Positions 1 to 11,824 of a DNA stretch of 64,000 bases are shown here, in pieces. The notes below the pieces were generated by a model. That model saw nothing but the letters and a program-made list of their open reading frames with translations. It had not been told where the DNA came from and ran no database searches. Position numbers and translations under genes: made by a program. Numbering within the stretch: the first letter of the stretch is position 1; every line of letters begins with the position of its first letter. The stretch is from Octopus vulgaris (lineage: Eukaryota): the NCBI GenBank assembly GCA_951406725.2, contig OX597842.1, forward strand, positions 28,954,001 through 29,018,000, in the 5' to 3' direction.

Positions 1-1
1 T

Positions 2-1799
2 ATTGGTGGTGGTGGTAGTAGTAGTAGTAGTAGTTCTAGTATTCATAGCAGCGAGAGGAATGTGTTTAAAGGAGACGCAAAACCTATGCCATCCGCATTT
101 GCAAGAAAATCAATTGCTAAGGTCTTTGGTGGTGTGCCATTGTCAGAATCGAAAAGATCTTCAACCTCAGTTTCAGCCAGCAGTGACCCCAACACTGGTA
201 GTGTGGGGCTTTTTGGAAAATCCCATGAAAGCCATTCAAGCTTCTCCAAGACCAAAGCCAGCAGCAGTAGCACCATTAGTAAATATTCGACTGAGGTATC
301 TGCAGCCCCCTCACTAAGGAAAACGGGACTGTTTGGTAAACCGGAAAGAACTGGAAGCAGGGCTGAAGAGAAAACCCTGTCTGTAAGTGCAGCGGCCAAC
401 ACAACTGCCAGGACTTCCTTATCTCCTTCAACTTCAAAGCTAAGGAATGATGGTCCGTCCCATAGGTCCTCTTCTTACTCGTATATGGATGAGGATGAGT
501 GTGATGACAGGGTACTGAGCGTTGCCCAGCGGGCTGTCTCCTCATCCAGAATGGAAATGGACAAAATGTCAAAGGTACCAGTTGCTTCCAGGTTTTACTC
601 AAAGACTATGGATTCCACAGGAAGACTAGCAGGGTCCAGAAAGAGGTTTTCCATCACAGACGATGGGAGACATAGGAAAGTCCCCAAATCGAGGAGTGAA
701 TACGACTTAATGAGATCATCAAATCGTTCAAAGATGTCGAGGAGTGCCATGCGGCAACGCCAATTCTCTGAGGAGCTGGAGAGCCACCCAGTGCTGGTCT
801 GCAAGAATATCCCACCTAAATTTAACCAGGTGCCTTTTCTCCGCAACCACTTCAGCAAGTTCGGGGCTGTGCAGCGTGTCACTAGGAATCTTGCCAAGCA
901 TGGGGCAAACATTCACTTCAAGGACCACAAATCAGCAGCCCATGCAAAAATGAAGGGTTTGAAATTGGCCCCTGGCATACACATTCAGATCTTCTGGCAA
1001 TCAAATCCCCATAAACAATCCTTGACATTAGATGTAGACCTTGACACTATACCCCCTGATGAAAGTGAAAGACAGGGCCACATGCCCCTACCTTCGTCAC
1101 GGAGGAGCATCAGCCCTCCTCCACCTCCGCCCACCTCTGGTAGGCGTGACCGCCAGCAACAGCCATCTTGGATGTCAGATGAGGTTGAAGAGGAGCTGCG
1201 CTTGATGGCTGGCACGAGTGACATAAGCGGGGACTTTGTGCAGACCTTAGTGCGACGCAAGGAAGCCGAAGCTCCTTTTGTCCCTATGACTAAGAGAGCT
1301 ACTACTACCAGCACCACTGGTAAAATTGTTTCTACATCATCTCCATTGCCTCTGTCTCGGAAGTCCGACAGTCCGTCAAGGCGACACCAATCTTCCCATG
1401 ACTATCACCAAGAAAAACAGCAAGAACACCGGCGGAAAGTGCAGAAGCAACCATCGCCCACTCTGTCAGGGGTCTCCAGTCAGGCCCTGACTCCGGCCTC
1501 AGTTCTAGGGTCTACGACAACAACACACAGGAAGAGAAAACTCCACCCTCAGCCACCTTCGTCGTCCTCTCCATCCATGACCTCTCAGTCAGCTTTTGCT
1601 GATACAAAGAAAAGCATTGTTGGCCCAGCAGTTCCGTCCACTGTTAGATCCTACAGTTCTGTTGTCGCAGGCCACAGGACAACAGCAACAACAACCACAA
1701 CAACAACAGCAACAGCAATGGCGACTTCACTTTTCAGGAAATCTGAACATAGTTCCATGATTTTTGGCGGTTTCCAAGGTGACACAGATGTACAGAAAG
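2..1799 (+). CDS. MCM3AP: GANP exon 1 in window (Ser-rich/FG-like region, RRM-like domain, low-complexity linker); open at window edge
   Basis: Frame is open from position 2 (IGGGGSSSS...ERNVFKG). RRM-like segment [29 protein letters not shown]...[15 protein letters not shown]. Phase-1 donor AAAG/GTCAGG at 1799/1800; an alternative phase-1 donor exists at 1778/1779. Confidence 0.85.
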
Positions 1800-4291
1800 G
1801 TCAGGATCATCATCATCATCATCATTATTACTCTTTTACTAGTTTCAGTCATTTGACTGCGGCCATAAGAAACTTTTTACTTAAAATATTGCAGCTAAAA
1901 TTAAAATTTGAATTTTAAAACTTATTTTATTAAAGCTTACAAATAACACTATACTTATTTAAGTAGAATTTTGGCTAATTTACTACCTTAAATACAGAAA
2001 AAAGTGACTAATTAGACAAACTTGCAAATTAGCTGAACAGTTTTGTACAATAAATTTAAAAGATGAGAACTGTAAAGAGGGATAAATTAGAAGAACTGGC
2101 ATTCTTTGCTGCAATATTTTAAGTAAGAAGTTTCTTAATCTTTACTACAGGTAATAGCTTGTCCTATACTTTTCCAGGTGTAATAACTTGTACTTTTCCA
2201 GGTTTATAATCTTGAGAATATAACTTTTCATACACACATTTTTCCATGTAATTATAATAGAAGACTAACACTAACTTTACCTTTCATTGTTGTGAGGTGG
2301 ATAAAATAAAGTAGCAGTGATATACTGGGGTAGATTTAATATTCCTGGAATAGATCCAAGATGTCAATGGAATTATAATAGAAGACTAACACTAACTTTA
2401 CCTTTCATTGTTGTGGGGTGGATAAAATAAAGTAGCAGTGATATACTGGGGTAGATTTAATATTCCTGGAATAGATCCTAGATGTCAATGGAATTATAAT
2501 AGAAGACTAACACTAACTTTACCTTTCATTGTTGTGGAGTGGATAAAATAAAGTAGCAGTGATATACTGGGGTAGATTTAATATTCCTATAAAACATCCA
2601 AGATGTCAATGGAATTATAATAGAAGACTAACACTAACTTTACCTTTCATTGTTGTGGAGTGGATAAAATAAAGTAGCAGTGATATACTGGGGTAGATTT
2701 AATATTCCTATAAAACATCCAAGATGTCAATGGAATTATAATAGAAGACTAACACTAACTTTACCTTTCATTGTTGTGGAGTGGATAAAATAAAGTAGCA
2801 GTGATATACTGGGGTAGATTTAATATTCCTATAAAACATCCGAGATGTCAATGGAATTATAATAGAAGACTAACACTAACTTTACCTTTCATTGTTGTGG
2901 GGTGGATAAAATAAAGTAGCAGTGATATACTGGGGTAGATTTAATATTCCTATAAAACATCCAAGATGTCAATGGAATTATAATAGAAGACTAACACTAA
3001 CTTTACCTTTCATTGTTGTGGAGTGGATAAAATAAAGTAGCAGTGATATACTGGGGTAGATTTAATATTCCTATAAAACATCCGAGATGTCAATGGAATT
3101 ATAATAGAAGACTAACACTAACTTTACCTTTCATTGTTGTGGGGTGGATAAAATAAAGTAGCAGTGATATACTGGGGTAGATTTAATATTCCTATAAAAC
3201 ATCCAAGATGTCAATGGAATTATAATAGAAGACTAACACTAACTTTACCTTTCATTGTTGTGGAGTGGATAAAATAAAGTAGCAGTGATATACTGGGGTA
3301 GATTTAATATTCCTATAAAACATCCAAGATGTCAATGGAATTATAATAGAAGACTAACACTAACTTTACCTTTCATTGTTGTGGAGTGGATAAAATAAAG
3401 TAGCAGTGATATACTGGGGTAGATTTAATATTCCTATAAAACATCCAAGATGTCAATGGAATTATAATAGAAGACTAACACTAACTTTACCTTTCATTGT
3501 TGTGGAGTGGATAAAATAAAGTAGCAGTGATATACTGGGGTAGATCTAATATTCCTATAAAACATCCAAGATGTCAATGGAATTATAATAGAAGACTAAC
3601 ACTAACTTTACCTTTCATTGTTGTGGGGTTGATAAAATAAAGTAGCAGTGATATACTGGGGTAGATTTAATATTCCTATAAAACATCCAAGATGTCAATG
3701 GAATTATAATAGAAGACTAACACTAACTTTACCTTTCATTGTTGTGGAGTGGATAAAATAAAGTAGCAGTGATATACTGGGGTAGATTTAATATTCCTAT
3801 AAAACATCCAAGATGTCAATGGAATTATAATAGAAGACTAACACTAACTTTACCTTTCATTGTTGTGGGGTTGATAAAATAAAGTAGCAGTGATATACTG
3901 GGGTAGATTTAACATTCTTATCGAACATTGTAAATGTCAGTGAAATTAATTATACAAGGCTAACACTAACTTCCTATTTTTCCTTTATCTTTCCAGCTAA
4001 TGTAACCATTTCAGCATCACGGGTTCAGCTACTCGACCAACGAGACCGATCAATCAGAAATGGTAAGGTGCATCCCTGCAAAACCCCAATTTTAATGATA
4101 ACACTTAAGTTATAAGTGACGTTTAGTCATTATATTCAGCCTTTCTCCAAAAAGCCAAATAAAATAATCCATTTCCCAATAGAAAACAATAAATAGCATT
4201 ACATTACTGTAACAAAACTAAATAGAGAATATACTATAACAATATAAGCTAAGAGAAAGCTGAAGGTAGCTTAATAACCGCTACACACCTT

Positions 4292-4351
<60 letters not shown>

Positions 4352-7300
4352 TAACTCTTATTACTGTCCACTTTCAGCAGGTCTAAAGAAGAAGTCCAAT
4401 CTGGCCACCGCCAAGGCACTCATTGGATCCTGTCCAGATATGTGTCCCGAAAAAGAACGTTATGACCGTGAAGCGAAGCGGCGTCTGCACATGTTTGAGA
4501 TGATACCGGCCACCAAAATGATGGCCTACCCTCAAGTTGATCATGCCCGAGCTGTGAAGGAATACAGTAGGTCTTCAGCCGATCAGGTGAGCAGATAATG
4601 GGGTGGATCTGTGTGTGTTTATATGTGACTCTACATATCTACTGCTGTCTGTGTGTACATGCATATGTATTTGTGTATGTGTGTATTTGTGTATGTGTGT
4701 GTGTATTTGTGTATGTGTGTATTTGTGTATGTGTGTATTTGTGTATGTGTGTATTTGTGTATGTGTGTATTTGTGTATGTGTGTATTTGTGTATGTGTGT
4801 ATTTGTGTATTTGTGTATGTGTGTATTTGTGTATGTGTGTATTTGTGTATGTGTGTATTTGTGTATGTGTGTATTTGTGTATGTGTGTATTTGTGTATGT
4901 GTGTATTTGTGTATGTGTGTATTTGTGTATGTGTACTTAAAAGGCAATACCATCCATTGTAAATAATTTCTCATCCCAAAAATATAGAAGAAATTCTGAG
5001 CAATATTTTCAATAAGTATTTCTTTTTCTTCACTTTCTTTTTCATATGAATTGACCCTCATCTGCATGTGTCTAGATCATGATGTACCTATGTGCATAGA
5101 TATGTGGCTGTGTGTATATACAATGATTGATTGGGGGTTTTGTTTATTGATGAGTTGATTTCTTGATTTCGCCAGAGTATCAATATCTATGAAGTTGATA
5201 ATTAAAAAAAAAGATTAATTCAGTTCAATCAAAAATCATGGGTAAGCAATGCACAACACTAGTTTGTGAAAAAAATTGTGTGTAGGGAACACATCACCTC
5301 TCTGATGCCTTTTTTTGTTTCATCGTTATTAATGTAGTGAGCTGGCAGAATCGTTAGGATGCTGGGCAAAATACTTGACTACATTTCATCCATCCTTACA
5401 TTCTGAGTTCAAATTCCACTGAGGTCAACTTTTCCTTTCATCCTTTTGGGGATCGATAAAATAAATACCTGTGAAACACTAGAGTCAATTTAATTAACTA
5501 GTCTCCTCCCTAAAAATTCCAAGCCTTCTGCCTATAGTAGAAAGAATTATTATTATTATTATTATTACTGTTATTAAGGCTGCGAGCTGGGAGAATCGTG
5601 AGGAAGCTGGGCAAAATGTTTAGCCGCATCTTCTCCATCTTTCCATTCTGAGTTCAAATTCAACTGAGGTAATCAATTAGTCTCCTCTCCCCAAATTTCA
5701 GGCCTTGTGCCTATAGTAGAAAGGATTATTGTTATTGTTGTTATTCTTTTATCGTTCACAGGAAGAACCACTCATCCATGAGCTGAGACCAGGCCCAGTA
5801 CTTGTGCGGACGATGAATTACCTGCTCTCTGAGATTGCTAACAGAGGCCAGGATGGACTGTGGGCAGAATGGTTTGATTTCCTATGGGACCGCAGCAGAG
5901 GAATCAGAAAAGTCAGTCAATATTCGTTATTTTATATATTACAAAATATAGAGTTATATCTTGAGTGACAGGGAGTGATGCTGTAGTTTTCTCAGCCTCT
6001 CCCTCTGTAGCTCATCCACTTGGCAGTTTCAATATTTTTAGTGCAGTGGCATTGGACTGCTTCAAGCTCCCCTGTTAGTTTGGCACTATGTGGGGACCAT
6101 AACTGGGAGCAGTAGTCCAGGCGGCTGAGAACAAAGGTTCTCCACAGGGTCAACATAGTTTCTTGCTCTCTTGTCTTGAAGGACCTCAGTATCAATCCTG
6201 CACTTGGCTGCCATCTTGCTAATGTGCATATAAAATGATGCATCGTCATTGCACATACTGATCCCCAATCTTTCCCTGCCTCTGACTCTGGGATTGTATT
6301 GCTTTCACATCCTGTATATATAGATTGTACTGTATTCATGAGTTGATAGTGCAGTACTTGAAATTTTCCAGCAGTAAACTGTATGTTGTCTATTTTGGCT
6401 CATTTGTATATTGAATTTAGGTCCCACTGTAAGCTTGTGACATCATCTTAGTTTTTTTATTGCCTGTGATATTTTGTATCATCAGCATAGCTAGTGACAG
6501 TGGCTGTCCGAGTGACTGTGGGCATATCTAAGAGGGCTATTATGAACAGTAATAGCCCCAGAACAGTTCCCTGTGTGATACCACTTAGGATTTGAGTTTC
6601 CTCAGAAAGGGAACCATTGGCTGCAACTCCCTGATTTCTGTGTTTAAGGAAGTCATGCAGCCACTTTCCCAGTTTAGCAGCAATGCCAAGGTCACGTAGC
6701 TTACGGCTTGCCATGCCATCATCTACGTTTATCAAATGCTTTTGCAAAGTCAAGGCATCAGAATGGTCAAGCAGCTGTTTCAAAACCTAGTATGTATGTA
6801 TGTACATATATATATATATATATGTGTGTGTGTGGAGATATATATACATGTATGTATATATGTACACACATATATATTTATATATACACACACACATATA
6901 AATACATCTATACGTACAGACATGCGTGTGTGTATACATTCCCACGTATATTATTAATATACCGGCTGCTGCTAATGGAAATTTAAAGAGTAGAATATAA
7001 TACAAGGAGACAGAAGAACTACTTCCTGGAAAGTTCCGAAGAAGGAGACCTTGGAAAGTTCTGAGGAGGGGAGGAATTACTTCCAGGAAAGTTCCGGGTA
7101 AAAGATTACCTGGAAAAGTCCGAGGGAGGGGATAGAATGGCTGCTGTGTATGACTGGCTTTGAACTGGTTGGTCACCCTCCCTATGTTAGTGATTTGGTT
7201 CCTTCTGGTTATCATGTTTCCCAACATAGAACAAAAACACTCAGCTGAGCACCAGTATCACTATGATGAGAACATCTTATCTGTTGTTGAGGACCAATCC

Positions 7301-10300
7301 AAGCCCTGCAACTACTTATGGAAGTGTGTGGACAGTAAAAGGGACGATGTTAGAAAATGAACTTCATTTGGTCACATTCCATTGAGAGTGTCTTCTTACT
7401 CAGACTGTGAACATTTCAGCCGACCCTCATAATAATAAAAATTATTATTATATCTGAATTTGTTTTAATGTTAACATTGGAAAAATCCACATTTTTCATT
7501 AAAAAATTAGGACCTGGGTTTGCACCCCCTTAGCAAATTTTGTTGCTGGGCCACTGCTTCAGACCCTCGGTTTAAATTTTCACTTTTCATTCTGTGTTTT
7601 CCTTACTTCTGTCTTTAATACATTTTATCCCCTCTTTTTATCCTTCTCCTCAGTTCTTTTGGATAGAGTTCCCTTTTAACATTACTACTTATCATATCTT
7701 AAAGCCACAGTATAGGCAAAAAGGCCTTAAATATTGACAACATTTTTTATCTTGTCCTAATTCTGTCCTATTATCAAAAGGCCCCTTATGTATATATAAA
7801 ATAACACCTGTGCTATGTTTATGTTTCCGATACTGTCCGTTTTCCCCCTGTATATGTGTGTGTGTATATATATGTATGTGTGCGTTTGTGTATATATGTG
7901 TGTGTGTGGACATATATATGTATGTGGGTGTACGCGTATATATATGTGTGTTTATGTATATGTGTGTGTGTGTGTTTGTTTTGATATCAAGATTGGAAAA
8001 ATCCACCTTGTTCCTAAAAAGTTTTTGACCTGGGTTTGCACCCCCTAAGCAAATCCTGTTCCCGGGCCACTGATTGCATATAGTAAGCTCAAAGTGTTTG
8101 AATCTGAAGGAGAATACGGATGATGTGCCAAAATTTCATAATTCAGGTTTTGCAACTTGTGGACCAAAGCTTGATGAGTAAACACAAGCATTTACATAGA
8201 AACTCATTAAAAAATCTATTTATAGGAGTGGCTGTGTGGTAAGTAGCTTGCTTACCGACCACATAGTTCAGGGTTCAGTCCCACTACATGGCACCTTGGG
8301 CAAGTGTCTTCTACTAAAGTCTTGTGAGTGGATTTGGTAGACGGAAACTGAAAGAAGCCCGTCGTATATATGTATATATATGTATGTGTGTGTATGTGTT
8401 TGTGTGTCTGTGTTTGTCCTCCCAACATCACTTGACAACCGATGCTGGTGTGTTTACGTCCTCGTAACTTAGTGGTTCGGCGAAAGAGACTGATAGAGTA
8501 AGTACTAGGCTTACAAAGAATAAGGCCTGGGGTCGATTTGCTCGACTAAAGGTGGTGCTCCAGCATGGCCGCAGTCAAATGACTGAAATGAATAAGAGTA
8601 TAGATGACTCGTGAGAAACCCATTTAAAATATGATATTTCATGTGAGACAACCTGATATAATGGAAGACACTGGCCCAAGGTGCTACACAGGACCATGTG
8701 GTTGGCTAGCAAGCTTCTTACCACACAGCCATATCTGCACCCACATGGATATAACCAGGATTCTATCAGTTTCTGTCTACCAAATCCATTCACAAGGCTT
8801 TGGTCAACCTGTGCCTAAGGTTGGTCAACCTGTGCCTAAGGTACCATGCAGTGGGACAGTTTATTGTTTGTAATAAAACCTTCCTGTTCAGTGCCCCAGC
8901 ATGGCCACAGTCCAATGACTGAAACAAGTAACAAAATAAAAAGGTAATTCATTTTTTGCTTCATCCTTTGTCACTGTTCATTTTGTTTCATCCTTTGTTA
9001 TCTCTTATCAGGACATAACGCAACAGATGATGTGCAACAGAGATGCTGTGGCCCTCATCGAGAAGTGTGTCCGTTTCCATGTGTTCGCATCGGAGCGACT
9101 GTGTGAAGAGGACATCTCTGTGTTTTCTCCAAAGATTAACGATGAAAACCTCACCAAATGCCTGCAGAGCCTCAAATACCTCTATGCTGACCTTGACAAG
9201 AAGAAAAAGATACGCTTCGACACAGAGGCAGAGTTCCGTTCCTACATGGTCCTGATGAACCTCAATCAGGGCGATATCCTCAGGTAAGTTGGGTTTAAAC
9301 GAGTTAAAGGGGAATGAACTGAAGAGACAATAATACTGATGAGGTATGATAAGGATGAAACATGTCCATTGTTATCACTGAATTTTATCTTTTATTTGTT
9401 GAATCCTGTTGTTCTTGTGGTTATTGTTGTTATGTAGTGGGCAGAAAAATGCTTCAAAGTGTTGTATAATGAACCTGTATACCCCCCTCCCTCCTGACAG
9501 AAAGTGGTTGGCACCAGCCATTTTCAATTGACCAGTGGCTGGTTGTCAAGAAGGGATCGAGAGTTGATAGTTGTAGTGAATGTCTTGTGGAGCTGTCAGC
9601 GATAGTAAAACAGAAGTTAGTGAATTGCTACTCTGGTATGAAGAGATATTGATTGGTATTCAATGAGAAGTGAATGTTGTGGCCCCTGGCGTAAAACATG
9701 CAACTACAGCAGAATGGCAGAGACACATGAGAGCCATGGGTGGAACCGACTTTACAAAGATACACTGAAATGCTTTCAGATCAATGCTGACAGGTGGGAA
9801 AGAGAGGCAGAGGATTTCCGTGGCTGGCAGAGCTGCACTAACAGAGGTTCCACCTCCTACAAACAGAATCGGATGGAAAACACACAAAGAACAATGTGAG
9901 TTTTGAAAGCTGAGAGCCAACTGCTTGTCTTCGTTCCTAGCAGACCACAAGTGCTTCACCTGCTGCGACCGTACGTTCCAAGCACACATCAGCCTGGTCA
10001 TCCACTGCAAGCCAGGCTTCGACCCTTCTCCCATCTCACCTCTTTGCTCATCATTGACAACAATAGATGGACATTGTTGTTATTATTATTAGGGGTTATA
10101 ATCGTGGTTTAGCCCTAGGTTGGTTCTGATCCACACAGACCTATGATCAAAGACGTTCCAACTGTGACCATCCCATCTTTGAGTCAGACATAGTGTATCT
10201 AGGACTACATTATCTAATGTTTAGTATAGTAGTTGGTATTAGTGGCTATAGTTGTGTTGCTTAGCCCCAGGTCAGTCCTGATCCAGACAGACCCATGATC

Positions 10301-10543
10301 AAAGACGTTCCAGCTGTGACTATCCCATCTTTTAATCAGACATAGTGTATCTAGGACTACATTATCTAATGTATAGTATGGTAGTTAGTACCAGTGGCTA
10401 TAATTGTTATTGTTGATTAGCCCTAGGTCAGTCCTGATCAAAGACGTTCCAGCTGTGACCATCCCATCTTTTAATCAGGCATAGTGTATCTAGGATTATA
10501 TTATCCAGCATAGCTGCAGTCAAATGACTGAAACAAGTAAATG

Positions 10544-10579
<36 letters not shown>

Positions 10580-11792
10580 AATATATATATGTGTGTGTGT
10601 GTGAAATGATGGAGTCAGCTCTAAGCAATATAAAACCCCAAAAAAAGGAAGAATTCAATTGTCACCAATCAGTCCCGGACAGCACGTACATTGCTAGAAA
10701 TAAGAAGTAAACCCCTTCTTAGCTACAAAGAAGCACATCTATGGATTGAGAGGGGAGCTAACCGCCTTACAGTAAGGGAGATCATCCCACGAGAATTCTA
10801 GTTTTGCTTGAAATTAAAGCTTTTCACGGGACGCATCCCATATGTCAGCAGATAGTATTTCCAATGTGAATCAGGGGACGATTCAGCAAAATCATAAGGG
10901 CCAAATTATAAAACAACGGGGCTGGCTAAAAGCAAATGTGTATGCATCATCATCATCATCATCATCATCGTTTAACGTCCGTTTTCCATGCTGGCATGGG
11001 TTGGACGGTTTTGACTGAGAGCTGGCAACCAGATGGCTGCACCAGGCTCCAGTCTTGATCTGGCAGAGTTTCTACAGCTGGATGCCCTTCCTAACGCCAA
11101 CCACTCCGAGAGTGTAGTGGGTGCTTTTCACGTGCCACCTGCACGGGGGCCAGTCAGGCAGTACTGGCAATGACCTCGCTCGAATCTTTTTACATGTGCC
11201 ACCGACACAGGTGCCAGTAAGGCGACGTTGGTAACGATCACGCTCGAATGGTGCCCTTTTACGTGCCACGGGTACGGAAGCCAGTTGGCTGCTCTGGCAA
11301 TGATCAGGCTCGGATGGTGTTCTTGGCACCCTACTTGCACAGGCATAAATGCTAGTAAGGCGATGCTGGTAACGATCATACTCGAATAGCTGCTCTGTCA
11401 ATGATCACACTCGTATGGTGCTCTTTGCACCCCGCTAGCACGGATGCCAGTCATTGAAATGATTTTGATTTTGATTTCACTTGCCTCAACAGGTCTTCGC
11501 AAGCAAAGTTTAGTGACCAAAGAAGGAAAAGGTACGCATAAGCGGGTTGGCTATGCTCCTGGCATAGGCCACGGGTTATGGTTTCATCTGGCTTGCCGGG
11601 TCTTCTCGAGCGCAGCATATTTCCAAAGGTCTCGGTCGCTAGTCATTTCCTTGGTGAGGCCTAATGTTCGAAGGTCGTGATTCACCACTTCATCCCAGGT
11701 CTTATAATGCCAGCATGGAAGGCAGACACTAAATGATGATGATATATATATGGATGGATATATGGATAGATAGATGTGTATATCAAATTCAA

Positions 11793-11824
<32 letters not shown>

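Noticed and set aside
1800-1918. C-terminal [12 protein letters not shown]... tail of ORF 62-1918
   Set aside because: Read-through into the intron: (CAT)n followed by a SINE-A 3' fragment after the donor.
2143-2206. Three CAG/GT motifs as recursive splice sites
   Set aside because: The intron is only 2.2 kb and the motifs look like a short local duplication; no supporting evidence.
2250-3970. 121-bp array as a CRISPR array
   Set aside because: Units are wholly repeated with no unique spacers, there are no cas genes, and the context is a eukaryotic intron.
10812-10853. Hammerhead-like minus-strand motif CUGACAU-AUGGGA..UCCCGU-GAAAAGCUUU
   Set aside because: Core lacks G8/A9 and no stem I pairing is visible; at most a decayed remnant.
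11444-11680. Duplicated 78-aa ORF (also 44285-44521) as a small gene family
   Set aside because: Antisense frame across the RTE ORF end and 3' UTR in two young copies.
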